DNA from: a virus
Lineage: Duplodnaviria; Caudoviricetes
Strand: one strand, 5' to 3'
IMG/VR virus record: IMGVR_UViG_3300049793_000038
Span: 1-57,732 of that record
Length of the DNA stretch: 57,732 bases
Shown here one piece after another: positions 35,492 through 45,496 of the stretch. Under the pieces are notes generated by a model, which had not been told where the DNA came from, made no database searches, and saw only the letters and a program-made list of their open reading frames with translations. Positions within the stretch are counted from its first letter, which is position 1, and every line of letters starts with the position of its first letter. The position numbers and the translations under genes are program-made.

Positions 35492-35737
35492 TTACCGACA
35501 ACTACCACAATTACAGCAGGGCTTTGGTTTATCGCAGTTCTTCTTGTCCCTACTACACATGCTTAATGTATCCTTTAGTTTATTCTTATCTTTAGCTGGC
35601 GGTTGGCACTGGTTATCTTTGCAGTAGAACATATGGCCTGCTGGATGCCTAGCTGGCATAATTGAATGAACTGATGAGACTACTACACCACTAACTAACA
35701 CACAGAAAGCAGATATTAACAAAATATTGTACTTCAT
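35492..35737 (-). CDS. Small exported or anchored Cys-rich protein
   Basis: Hydrophobic N-terminus; eight further Cys including CCNCGSC. Confidence 0.6.
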   Translation of the reverse strand: MKYNILLISAFCVLVSGVVVSSVHSIMPARHPAGHMFYCKDNQCQPPAKDKNKLKDTLSMCSRDKKNCDKPKPCCNCGSCR

Positions 35738-35762
35738 TATCTTTTCCTCACTATATTACAAT

Positions 35763-36299
35763 TTAATTATCAGGTTCATGTTCACCATTCAAGATGATAT
35801 CCCCTGCCACAACTTCAAATGTCCCACCAACAGTAAACTTAACATCCCCATCAGTAGTAACTTCATGCGTCCCTTTAGTAACTATCTTAATGTTTCCATC
35901 TGGGTCTATGGTTATGCTGGACTTACCGTCTGTAGCATCTTTATCTGTGGCACTTTGTTTACCAGCCTCACCTTTGTGCTGGGTAATAACAATACTACCA
36001 TCCTCACTGAAGAATATTCTACTTCTAGTTTGAGGGCTGCCTAGTACAACTTCTCCAGGTTTTAAATTCTTAAACCTAAATCTAGGTGTATTACCGATAG
36101 ATACACGGTTCTCTTCAACCCCGTTAACATTCCAGGTAAGCAACTGTGAGTTCAGTGGTAGATTAGAGTAGACCCCGTAAGGTGTTATAACCTCTACGTC
36201 TGCTGTTTGACCTAGGTAAGATACTTGAGCTGTATGATATAGGTCTTTATCAGTACTTACGCGTGTGATGTATGTTCGCTTAGTTATCAACTCATCCAT
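35763..36299 (-). CDS. Baseplate spike protein (Mu gp45-like)
   Basis: EVITPYGVYSNLP, RFKNLKPGEV, beta-repeat C-terminus ending NGEHEPDN. Confidence 0.85.
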   Translation of the reverse strand: MDELITKRTYITRVSTDKDLYHTAQVSYLGQTADVEVITPYGVYSNLPLNSQLLTWNVNGVEENRVSIGNTPRFRFKNLKPGEVVLGSPQTRSRIFFSEDGSIVITQHKGEAGKQSATDKDATDGKSSITIDPDGNIKIVTKGTHEVTTDGDVKFTVGGTFEVVAGDIILNGEHEPDN

Positions 36300-36906
36300 C
36301 GTAGTCTTCCACATCAATAGTGTACTGGTGGCCTCTGAACCTAACGATTAGGCACTCACCATCTTTGTTACTGTAGAAGACTGTGGGTTGGTTATTGTCT
36401 ACAACAGCTGATTGAGGTGTAGCTACAGAAGCTATAGGGGTGTCATGTGTAGGGGCTGTGCCAGTGACTGCTTTGTTAAACAGAACTGTTTCAGCTGCTC
36501 TTCTTCTAACTAAACCCTGTAATACTCTACCTCCACCTTTATTCCAAACACGGAACTGTTCAGCGGCTCCTCTGTAGTCACTAACATTAAGCTTTCTAAC
36601 AAGAGTACTCTTTCCAAAGGCTCCTTGACCTATGTTGTAACACAGAGAGACCAGGGCATCGAACTGATTCTGGTTTATTTTAACAACTGCTAATTTATTA
36701 ACAGCATCAGCAAACTTCTGAGTATCTAATCTTAATAGAGAGTCTGCTTGCACTTGCGATATAACTAGACCAGCATAAACATCAGGTCCTGTATGTCCAT
36801 AGCCAATAGTCCATATATCAGCTGGACACTTGTATGCTGCTAGTTTACAGCCTTCAAATTCTTTTATAAGGGCGATACCGCCTGCACCTAGTTGAAAGTT
36901 ATTCAT
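36292..36906 (-). CDS. GH24 lysozyme (endolysin or baseplate lysozyme)
   Basis: LIKEFEGC..AYKCPADIWTIGYGHT, NQNQFDALVS, WNKGGG..LQGLVRRR. Confidence 0.93.
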   Translation of the reverse strand: MNNFQLGAGGIALIKEFEGCKLAAYKCPADIWTIGYGHTGPDVYAGLVISQVQADSLLRLDTQKFADAVNKLAVVKINQNQFDALVSLCYNIGQGAFGKSTLVRKLNVSDYRGAAEQFRVWNKGGGRVLQGLVRRRAAETVLFNKAVTGTAPTHDTPIASVATPQSAVVDNNQPTVFYSNKDGECLIVRFRGHQYTIDVEDYDG

Positions 36907-38054
36907 TATTTAAATCCTTTAGCTGCTGTAAAACTAGAAGCGCTGTTATCATACGAAGCATACTTAGAACCATCGGGTTCGTCACCATTCTTCGGAGCTT
37001 CACTCTTCTGTAGGACGAAAGCTTCGCGACTCATGATCTCAAGCTCTGTAGTTGAGCCTTCTATATTATCTAATCTATGTGTCGTCTTCACTATCAACAG
37101 CTCTGCATTAACATCAACAAAGTCATCAATTACCATAACTAAAGTATTTGGTTGGTATGGTTCCCCATTATAGTCATAGGGACTATGTTGTGCCATCTTA
37201 ACTGTATATGTGAAACTCTTTGCTTCTCTGATATTAGCTTCCCATTGGGCTCGTTCAGTTAACTTTTTAGTTTCAGTACATCCTTCAGCCATAGCTCGAT
37301 ACTTACGGGATGGCCTGGTGTCCTGATCAGCAGCTGTACCAACAATAAAAGCCCCCTCATCTACAGGTGTATCATCATTAGGGTCGGCTGCATGGTTCTG
37401 CTGAGCAAAGAACTTGTACTCATTTAATCTTTCAGAGTCGTCATACTTACCTGAAGCTGCTTGTATTGTATTATCTTTGGCTCCAATGATGTTTTGTATT
37501 CGTAGATTAGTTGATACAGTGCTTGCTCGTGTTACGACAACATTACCAAGACCGTCTGTCGTGAGCACTACTTGGCGTTTCGCTGCATAGGCATCCATAA
37601 ATTCAAATGCACCACCACCAACTTTACCAGAGACTAGTTCTTTCTTTGTGAACGGTTCTAAACCGGATACTTTATTAATAACTTGTACATCTGAAGCCCC
37701 AATGTCTTCTAAGGTCTTCTGTAGCACCTGATCCAACGTTATAGGAGCCTTAAACTCTAACTTACCATCAAGTTTACTGTCAACAATGTCACAGGTCTTA
37801 TCCCGTCCAGCAATAGTTATGGTGTGGAGATCGAATGCGTAATCTACACTTACTGTATCCACATAGCCAGTGAGTATGGGAACGCCATTACAGCGTACTT
37901 GACATTTGGAACCTCTTGGGATTGGAAAGGGTTCATTAATATTACAGGCTGCTATGAATTCAAAGGTTCCAGCAATTGTATCTAAGGATCGTGTAACCGT
38001 TAATGAAGTGAATTCCACGTAGCTTTTACCACCAACATCAAGTTCTAAACTCAT
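36906..38054 (-). CDS. Baseplate hub protein (Mu gpP/gp44-like)
   Basis: VTRSLDTIAGTFEF, ILTGYVD, GRDKTCDIVD, RAQWEANIR. Confidence 0.88.
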   Translation of the reverse strand: MSLELDVGGKSYVEFTSLTVTRSLDTIAGTFEFIAACNINEPFPIPRGSKCQVRCNGVPILTGYVDTVSVDYAFDLHTITIAGRDKTCDIVDSKLDGKLEFKAPITLDQVLQKTLEDIGASDVQVINKVSGLEPFTKKELVSGKVGGGAFEFMDAYAAKRQVVLTTDGLGNVVVTRASTVSTNLRIQNIIGAKDNTIQAASGKYDDSERLNEYKFFAQQNHAADPNDDTPVDEGAFIVGTAADQDTRPSRKYRAMAEGCTETKKLTERAQWEANIREAKSFTYTVKMAQHSPYDYNGEPYQPNTLVMVIDDFVDVNAELLIVKTTHRLDNIEGSTTELEIMSREAFVLQKSEAPKNGDEPDGSKYASYDNSASSFTAAKGFK

Positions 38055-38057
38055 AAG

Positions 38058-39371
38058 TTATCTATCCTTTTCGAATATACCTGATAAGATGTTTACAGGT
38101 CCTGTTAAGTAAGCAGGATCAATCTGTGCTGGAAAATTAGCTGTTTGAAGAAAGTCTACTAAGTCTAGTTTACCATAGTAAAGATAGGTAAGTACAGTTA
38201 GGGGTAGTGTCCGTCCATCTATCTGGGTTAAAAATGGCAAGTCAGCACCAATTTGAGCTAAGTAGACTGATACAACTGAGTTGGTCTCTTCCAGTACTTC
38301 CAGTAGTTCAGAGGTAGCTGTACTAATTGATGTTACGTCTCTACGTGTTGGATCATTCCTTAGAAACCCACTCACGTTACTAGAGGATGTAGTGTCGCCT
38401 ATCGCTGTTATTAGGTTCTTTAAAGTACTGTAGGCGTTACCAATAGTTGTTCTAATAACCTGGTACTGCTCAGCTGTTCTGTAGTCTAGAACAGAAGCAT
38501 TCTGAACCATTAACCCAAATGCTGAAACCTTAATGTAGGCTTCAATAAGATCTTGGCTTACCTCAACAGATACCTGCTGTATTGTCTGAGGTTTAGTTAC
38601 AAGATCTGCTAACGCGTAGCTGAACAATGAAGCGGCTATACTGAAGCCAGCCTCGCCCGTTGATGTAATTAAATCAATAGAGTTTATCAGTACACTAGCT
38701 TCTCGAATAAAGCTTGCTCTATCTAAAGGGTACAGGCCAACCTTAGAATCAAAAGATTTATGAAACTTAACAAAGTCTGCTGTAGCGTCTGATTGAAATT
38801 CTGTACGGGTAGTGTATGTTAGAGACGTTGCCTCAACTACAGCACTGAACCTTCGGAAGGCATCTGATACATGGGTAATTGATCTACCAAACTTAGGGGT
38901 TGCTGGATATGCTAATTGATAGAAGCTATCTCTAGCTGCAAATAAATTGCCAACAGCAATATACACACTACTAGAACTGAGGGATCCACCTGCTGGAAAG
39001 TTTAATGGTTGAGCAACCTTAAACGTCATGTTGATGCAGACATGCCCTAGATTGCCAGTATCCTCATTGATATCATAGGACTCCACAGCACATATACGTA
39101 TACCGTAGAAGGGATGTATTAAAGTTCCATAGTTTGGTGTCTCCAATGCATTTTTCAATGCGTCTCTATTAGAGAAATAGACTGCTGTGGGGATAGAAGC
39201 CTTTATACGTATGGTCTCATTCATAAGACCAAGATCCTCTACATATCGATTGTCTTGATTGGGGAACTCATGTACAACTGTTTTACGCCCACCACAAATA
39301 TTAGAGTCCTCAATAAGGAAGCTAACGCCATTATAGGAACCAGGATAGAGTTGGGAGAGGATCTCAGACAT
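38058..39371 (-). CDS. Mu gpN-like DNA circulation / tail protein
   Basis: GSYNGVSFL, GGRKTVVHEFP, YVEDLG, GTLIHPFYG. Confidence 0.88.
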   Translation of the reverse strand: MSEILSQLYPGSYNGVSFLIEDSNICGGRKTVVHEFPNQDNRYVEDLGLMNETIRIKASIPTAVYFSNRDALKNALETPNYGTLIHPFYGIRICAVESYDINEDTGNLGHVCINMTFKVAQPLNFPAGGSLSSSSVYIAVGNLFAARDSFYQLAYPATPKFGRSITHVSDAFRRFSAVVEATSLTYTTRTEFQSDATADFVKFHKSFDSKVGLYPLDRASFIREASVLINSIDLITSTGEAGFSIAASLFSYALADLVTKPQTIQQVSVEVSQDLIEAYIKVSAFGLMVQNASVLDYRTAEQYQVIRTTIGNAYSTLKNLITAIGDTTSSSNVSGFLRNDPTRRDVTSISTATSELLEVLEETNSVVSVYLAQIGADLPFLTQIDGRTLPLTVLTYLYYGKLDLVDFLQTANFPAQIDPAYLTGPVNILSGIFEKDR

Positions 39372-39385
39372 GTGATATGTACCTT

Positions 39386-41455
39386 TTACCTTTTAGCTTC
39401 TTGTTGTGCTTTATTTGTAGACGTGTAGTTACCTGCTTTGGATTTACCAACTGAAAGATTAAGTCCACCAGCACCGGCAGCATTGACAGAGGCATTACCA
39501 CCAGGATCTTTAATACTGATACTGATATCACCACTAACCTTATTGTTTAGGTTAAGCTTACTCGGGGCCATCTTCAAAGGAGGTACTGGAGGTAGGGAGC
39601 CCACTAGAGGTGAGTTAAATAGCTTTGCTTCTTCTGCTCTTCTATTCACAAGACCCTGGAGAACGGCACCTCCACCTTTATTCCAAACTTTAAATTGCTC
39701 ACTAGCCCCTGCCGTATCGCCGGCATTAAGCTTCCTAAGAAGTGTGCTTTTAGCGAACGCCCCTAGACCTATGTTATAACTTAGTGATGTGAGAGCATCA
39801 GATTGGTTTTGATTAATCTTAGTAGTAACTAACTTATTTACGCCATTTGAAAATTTAACACTATCAGCATACAAGAAGGCGTCAGCTTGAGCTTGTGTGA
39901 TTTTCATTCCTGGATGAACGTCGGGACCCGTATGTCCATAACCAATTGTCTGGACACCTACGGCATCACTATAAGCTTTTAATTTGTTACCTTCAAATTT
40001 CTTTATGAGATCAAGGCCACTTGCAGATGGCGCAGTACTTTCCTTGTCTTTCATCTTCCAGTAAGCATCTAGTGTAGGTGCCATCTTTTTACCAGTAACA
40101 GCTCTGCCAAGGTTGTTGACAAATAGGGCAACACCGTCGTTTATGGGTTTCAGGGCTGACCCAACAGCCTCATACGCAGGGGCGGCAACAGATTTAATGG
40201 ATGCTAAACTCTGATCAACTCTACCCATAACACTTTGGGGCCGTCCATCCTTAAATTTACCTTGTTCATCGGTTATACCCATGAAATATCTAAAATCTTG
40301 AAGCATTCCACTCAGTTTAAAAGAGGCTTTATCCAGCATCTCCAAGAATGCATGACCAATCTTGGTGTCATCAACCATAAGCATAAGACTATGCCAGGCG
40401 GCCTTAACTTCCTCTATGTGAGTAATGCCGTAGACCAATGCTGCAAAGGCACCTGCAATTAAGCCAGGCCAGCCAAGAAACATAAGTCCAGCAACTGCCA
40501 ATTTAGCAACTAAGGCTGTAAAAATTAGCATAATCCCACCTAAAACAGCCTTTACCTTAAGGCTACCCAGAGTGATGCGTTCCCACATGCCATCCCAAGA
40601 TATGTTCTCACCCTTCTTCAAGGAATCCCTAACACCTTCTATCTCTTTAGCCATGCGAAGCATGGTCTCACCTTTGAAGGCAAAGGAGTTACCAAAAGCA
40701 ACTAAGAATAACTTACCGACACTTTCCTCTAACTCTTTAACTCCCAAGGTCATCCGGTTCATCTTGACCCAGTCTTCATCCTTGAACTTCTCAGCAGAGC
40801 CTCCCCAGACCTTTTCAGCAGCAGTTAGCATTTTAGCTTGAATAGCAACCCAGTTCTTCTCTTGCTGCATATCCTTCTGCATCTGCTTGATTTCTTCCAT
40901 GGTGCCAAGCTTAAGTTCTCTAGCTGTCATCATGAAACCACGCTTACTCATCATGCGTTGAATTTTAGCTGAGGCGCTATCTACCGCAGCTTCATCCCCA
41001 CCCATTTCAGCAGCCATGTCCATACCAAGTTGGGCGGCGCGCATCATGTTCTTTCCAGAGACATACCCAGTCTTCAGCATAGGGGCTATCATCTTTCCCT
41101 TGATATCTTCAACATCAAAAGCCCCAGTCATTGAACCTTTTTCAATTAGATTATCAAGTTCTTTCTTACCAACATTAATACGATCTTTTGCTTTCTCAAA
41201 CATACGATCGTATTTCATGCCTAAGTAATCATCATGAGCACCCGCTTTAGCAAACTCTTTCATCTTACTAAACGCAAAGAAGCCAACCATAGCGGTAGCT
41301 AATCCATTAATCTTGGCACTGGTAGCGGCTGCAATTCTACCGATACCACCCATTTTAGTTTCAATGGCATGTGCAGAAGATTGAATTGATTTTGCTGTAC
41401 CACTAAACTTATCAAGAAGCGTTATGGCTACTTGTACATTACCGCCTTGTGACAT
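39386..41455 (-). CDS. Tape measure protein with a C-terminal GH24 lysozyme domain
   Basis: N-terminal ITLLDKFS; helical A/M/K-rich body with a hydrophobic segment; LIKKFEG...TIGYGHT...WNKGGG. Confidence 0.88.
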   Translation of the reverse strand: MSQGGNVQVAITLLDKFSGTAKSIQSSAHAIETKMGGIGRIAAATSAKINGLATAMVGFFAFSKMKEFAKAGAHDDYLGMKYDRMFEKAKDRINVGKKELDNLIEKGSMTGAFDVEDIKGKMIAPMLKTGYVSGKNMMRAAQLGMDMAAEMGGDEAAVDSASAKIQRMMSKRGFMMTARELKLGTMEEIKQMQKDMQQEKNWVAIQAKMLTAAEKVWGGSAEKFKDEDWVKMNRMTLGVKELEESVGKLFLVAFGNSFAFKGETMLRMAKEIEGVRDSLKKGENISWDGMWERITLGSLKVKAVLGGIMLIFTALVAKLAVAGLMFLGWPGLIAGAFAALVYGITHIEEVKAAWHSLMLMVDDTKIGHAFLEMLDKASFKLSGMLQDFRYFMGITDEQGKFKDGRPQSVMGRVDQSLASIKSVAAPAYEAVGSALKPINDGVALFVNNLGRAVTGKKMAPTLDAYWKMKDKESTAPSASGLDLIKKFEGNKLKAYSDAVGVQTIGYGHTGPDVHPGMKITQAQADAFLYADSVKFSNGVNKLVTTKINQNQSDALTSLSYNIGLGAFAKSTLLRKLNAGDTAGASEQFKVWNKGGGAVLQGLVNRRAEEAKLFNSPLVGSLPPVPPLKMAPSKLNLNNKVSGDISISIKDPGGNASVNAAGAGGLNLSVGKSKAGNYTSTNKAQQEAKR

Positions 41456-41593
41456 GATTAGTGTATCCTTTTTTAGTAATGTCTGTTATGGGTAGGCTTA
41501 GGTACCTGGAAATAGAATAGGGCACTCAGTGAGCTCCCCTGTGATCCCCAGCTGCTACCTACAGCAGCGCATAGCGAAGCTATTAGATGCTAC

Positions 41594-41823
41594 CTAGCTG
41601 GTCCATACAGTACCACTAGCACTGCCGGTATCAGGTGTCGAAGAAGCTTTATTCTGTTCAGTAGTGATCCTGTTTGCAGCTTCAATCCAAACGCCTACTT
41701 CTGTGAGTGGCATATCCATAAAGTCACTTAAGGTTATGCCACCTTTAAACACAATCATAAGGCGCCCGAATATGTAAGGTAATTCTTCCTCGAGTGCTAG
41801 GTCGAAGAAGACACTATAAAAAC
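41594..41823 (-). CDS. -1 frameshift extension of the tail assembly chaperone (not in ORF track)
   Basis: GTT TTT A slippery run at 41823-41817; the -1 frame is open to the stop at 41594 and reads GGITLSDFMDMPLTEVGVWIEAA. Confidence 0.65.
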
Positions 41824-42264
41824 TGCTAGGTATTCACCCATTAATTTCTCAAAGTCCTCAAACTTAATGGCATCCAGCAGTTTATCTTGTAGTTTTACAC
41901 CAGGGGCTACTTCACAGATACCTGCAGACAACAGTAGTGCTTTAAATTCATTCTCAAGAGCTACTAAGTCAATATCAGACATGTAAAATAAGCTCATGAT
42001 GGTAGGGCCGTCAATCTCCATATCCACTACAGGTTCAGTTGTGGCATTTTCTGCAACAACTGCTGGACGGTCTTGGGTGTTCTTCTGCATAGATAAAATA
42101 GAGCGGAAGTATCCTTGCTTAAGTCTTATTAGACTAGCTCTATGACGACTTGTAGGGGCTAGAAGCTTAAGTTCATAACTAAAGACTTCGTCACCAGCCT
42201 GTGCATATTTGATTGGGTCAGTAAGTTTAAATGTAAATTCTGTTACTGGAAGTTTCTTGTCCAT
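41797..42264 (-). CDS. Tail assembly chaperone
   Basis: Between tube and TMP; FKLTDPIKY, LDAIKFEDFEKLMGEYLAVF. Confidence 0.75.
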   Translation of the reverse strand: MDKKLPVTEFTFKLTDPIKYAQAGDEVFSYELKLLAPTSRHRASLIRLKQGYFRSILSMQKNTQDRPAVVAENATTEPVVDMEIDGPTIMSLFYMSDIDLVALENEFKALLLSAGICEVAPGVKLQDKLLDAIKFEDFEKLMGEYLAVFIVSSST

Positions 42265-42322
42265 GTGTAGTGCCTTTGGTACGCGCAGCAAAGCTGCTGG
42301 TTAATCCTCAAGAAAAGTAAGT

Positions 42323-42361
42323 AGGCGTGGAGGTCATACCTAAATATGAAATCACACGCCT
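42323..42361 (-). terminator. Hairpin / possible terminator after the tail tube gene
   Basis: AGGCGTG...CACGCCT with inner TCATA/TATGA; T-rich downstream on the - strand. Confidence 0.45.
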
Positions 42362-42373
42362 GTATGCGGTTAA

Positions 42374-42778
42374 TTATATTGCTGAGCTGCCAACAAACTC
42401 TAAGTCGATTTCAGAATCTGTACCAAAAGCCACCGTGTAATCACTTGTGCAAAGTGCGTTAGTGATTGTACGTGTAATGGTCTCTCCAGATAGGTTGTCC
42501 TGGCCAGAGATGGTAATAACATGACCATGCTGGTTTGCCTTAATGGCGCGCATGTTAGTAATGTTATCAACGGTTGGTTCAATCTTAAACTTAACAGTTG
42601 AGAGTTTATGCTTAACATCGTCTGCGACGATCTGTTGAACAGCTCCACCACCGCCAGTCTGTACGATAACCTTCTGAGCTCCAAAGCCTTCAGTGAAGGA
42701 TAAAGAGTTAGGAACGTAAGCGATTACTAGATTATCAATAACAATTGACGGGTCTACTATTTTTCTAATTATAGCCAT
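42374..42778 (-). CDS. Tail tube protein
   Basis: 134-aa beta-rich ORF directly after the sheath gene; ends EIDLEFVG. Confidence 0.75.
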   Translation of the reverse strand: MAIIRKIVDPSIVIDNLVIAYVPNSLSFTEGFGAQKVIVQTGGGGAVQQIVADDVKHKLSTVKFKIEPTVDNITNMRAIKANQHGHVITISGQDNLSGETITRTITNALCTSDYTVAFGTDSEIDLEFVGSSAI

Positions 42779-42802
42779 GATTTAGATATTCCTTTCTAAG
42801 GA

Positions 42803-44371
42803 TTAAAGACTTCCGTCAGTGTTAAAGGTTACGCGGATGTTACCAAGGATTTCACGTAATTGGACAACGATTGGCATCATCATATCAATACTAACACGTC
42901 CGTTGGCTAAATCTAAAGTCACGTCTAGATTATCACGATAGAATTTTAAGTTAGCTTCACCGGCACGAGCTAAAACAACCTCACCTAGATCTAAATACAA
43001 GCTGCATAGGAACGCTTTGATACTTGCCTTGTTAGCCATGGTGAAACCAGGAATAAGCCCCTCAGCATCAGTCAAACGACATTGAGCATACTTTGCACGA
43101 CAGTTGTTGAAGTAGTATTCACGAATTTGAGATAGTGTATCTACATATTCCAAGAACTTAAATGAAGTGTTGGGGTTACCGGCAACGTCAGTCATATATG
43201 TAGTACAAACTTCACCAACGATAACAGTGTTATTGGCAATGTTGTTACCAATAGAAGAAACACCAGCAGCTTTCAAGTTCAACATCTGTACCCTAGAAAA
43301 TCCATCACCTTTAGTGATTAGTGGAACGTCCAATAGTGGTGTGTTGAAGTAAGGTAGGGACGCCATGTGCATACCACCAAACTGGTCACGGCCCTGGTCT
43401 GTACCAACAACGAATGGGGCAACGTTAGCACCATCAGTTAGGCGCAATGCTCTAATAGCTTGGAACTTAGCAGCAATAACATCGGGTACTTCTCTCAAAG
43501 CACAGCCTTTAAGTCCGGCACGGTCCACAGCTGGGAAGCCATAACCAACTAATAGCGGTTGGTTTGCAGATGAAAGCCATGTGGCCAGTGTACCATACGA
43601 AGCAGCTTTAGCCATAAAGACAACACCATCAACCACATCATTAGTAACGTTGAAGCGGCCATCCATTAGGGTGTCAATAGTTTCTAGATCCCAAGTTCCT
43701 GGATACAGGATACCTTGCCATCTGTGGCCATCCATGGTATCTTCAATACCTTCAAGATCAGGATCGCCAGCACCGTTGGATATAGCTGTAAGCGTGCAGG
43801 TAATGCCGGCAGGTAGGTCACGAACCTCTAGGGTTAAGCCATTCACAAACGTACCTTTAGATTTAGCTGTGATTGTAACAGCTCCAGCACTATTATCTGC
43901 TGTAAATAAGGAGTTAGTATCTGCAGTAATTTTAGCTTCCAATAAGTCACCAACCTCGGTAGCTGTGTCTTCAGCTGAAACCACTAAAGTGTACTTGTTT
44001 TCTTTCTGTGAGCCAACAACAACTGTTATAGTCCCGCCAGCGGTCGCTTCACCAGCAAATGTAAATATACCAGTACCGGCAGTGCCATCTGCATCTTCTT
44101 CAAAAGCAATGGCATCAAGCGGAGTAATTGGATTGATTGCACGGAATGCTTTGATGACAGCAGATATTTGACTGTCTATACCAAACAATGCATTCCATTC
44201 ACCATCATTACCAATGTCTGGATTTAGATCTCCTGAAGTGGCACTTCCTGTGTCCATCTGTCCAATAACAAGTGTTCTGTGGGGGTAGTTACCAACATCC
44301 TGTTGAGCAGGCAAGATGTTAAACGTAACTGCTGGCATCGAGATCCGGCTCGTATAATTGTTAGTCGTCAT
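42803..44371 (-). CDS. Contractile tail sheath protein (Mu gpL-like)
   Basis: LVIGQM, ALFGIDSQI, VTITAKSKG, TTYMTDVAGNPNTSF, IVVQLR. Confidence 0.88.
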   Translation of the reverse strand: MTTNNYTSRISMPAVTFNILPAQQDVGNYPHRTLVIGQMDTGSATSGDLNPDIGNDGEWNALFGIDSQISAVIKAFRAINPITPLDAIAFEEDADGTAGTGIFTFAGEATAGGTITVVVGSQKENKYTLVVSAEDTATEVGDLLEAKITADTNSLFTADNSAGAVTITAKSKGTFVNGLTLEVRDLPAGITCTLTAISNGAGDPDLEGIEDTMDGHRWQGILYPGTWDLETIDTLMDGRFNVTNDVVDGVVFMAKAASYGTLATWLSSANQPLLVGYGFPAVDRAGLKGCALREVPDVIAAKFQAIRALRLTDGANVAPFVVGTDQGRDQFGGMHMASLPYFNTPLLDVPLITKGDGFSRVQMLNLKAAGVSSIGNNIANNTVIVGEVCTTYMTDVAGNPNTSFKFLEYVDTLSQIREYYFNNCRAKYAQCRLTDAEGLIPGFTMANKASIKAFLCSLYLDLGEVVLARAGEANLKFYRDNLDVTLDLANGRVSIDMMMPIVVQLREILGNIRVTFNTDGSL

Positions 44372-44384
44372 AATCACTTATTCC

Positions 44385-45491
44385 TTATAGTGGTTCATCA
44401 TCGAGATTAATCTGTGTGAGTAATACCTCAACATCAAAATCATTTAACTGGTGTAGGTTTAGATCACGGAAAGCTCTTGTGAACTCTGGATCAACGATGT
44501 CGTTAGTGGTTATATCTGTTACTGCTTCAAATTCAAACTCATGAATATAATAAGAATTTAAATACTGTAGCTGTCTATGTTGTTTGAAATTCAAAGTAGA
44601 TTGAGTTTGATCAACAAAGTATGTGGGGTAAGACTTACCAACTATACTCTTTATCAGGTATCGTGCAACATCGGCCATTAAATCTCTGCCCAGTCTGCCC
44701 GATAGATCATCCTGCATGGGAACGAACACATACACATGTACTGCATTCATAAGCGATTGTCTAAACACAGCCCCAGCATTATTACTAGACACCGGGTCCG
44801 TGATTGTGTACTTAGATTTAGCAGCTGTTACAGACCCCATCACAACAAAGGCCCAGAGAGCATTGGCAGAAGCTTTTGTATAGCTTGCTTGTGCTCGTTC
44901 TAGGCTTGCGGCTGCTGTTATTCTTGGAGGCGATCTAACTACTTTCGAAGGGCCGTAGGCTGTGCCGGTGAAGCTATCTAGGGTAGTGTATGTAAAAGTA
45001 GTTGTTGTTGGTACTGTTAGTATCTTTTGCCAACCGCTAAACCCATATCTCCAAGGTTCCAGTAAGTATCCAAATGTATCATCCTCACCAACAGTTGTAG
45101 GTCCAGTGTTAGGAACTTTAATTGTAAAGGTTCTTCTATTGGGAACACTTAATAGTGTAAATGTACCATTGAATCCTGCATAGCTATTGCCTACTAAATC
45201 TACCGTAGGAAACCATGGAGCTGTCGTTGGATGCTTAGTTAAGTCATGATCTGTAGTTGTAACTACTGTCGCTACCGTTCCTGCCCGTGTTATGGACGTT
45301 ATAGCTGTTTGCCTGGAGGCATTGGCTACATACACATATTTACCAGCAGTAAGTCCATGAGCTGTGGGGGTTACAGCAGTAACTGTGGCACCACCTTTGG
45401 TTAGGCTAGTCAATGGTATATCTGTGGAAAATACATTTGTTAAGCCAGGTAATACTGATTGTATCTGAAATATGATGTCAGCTGCTTTCAT
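44385..45491 (-). CDS. Tail completion / terminator protein with inserted beta domains
   Basis: Position before the sheath gene; AHGL/DHDL FCCH-like modules; C-terminal YIHEFEFE. Confidence 0.65.
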   Translation of the reverse strand: MKAADIIFQIQSVLPGLTNVFSTDIPLTSLTKGGATVTAVTPTAHGLTAGKYVYVANASRQTAITSITRAGTVATVVTTTDHDLTKHPTTAPWFPTVDLVGNSYAGFNGTFTLLSVPNRRTFTIKVPNTGPTTVGEDDTFGYLLEPWRYGFSGWQKILTVPTTTTFTYTTLDSFTGTAYGPSKVVRSPPRITAAASLERAQASYTKASANALWAFVVMGSVTAAKSKYTITDPVSSNNAGAVFRQSLMNAVHVYVFVPMQDDLSGRLGRDLMADVARYLIKSIVGKSYPTYFVDQTQSTLNFKQHRQLQYLNSYYIHEFEFEAVTDITTNDIVDPEFTRAFRDLNLHQLNDFDVEVLLTQINLDDEPL

Positions 45492-45496
45492 AAGAA

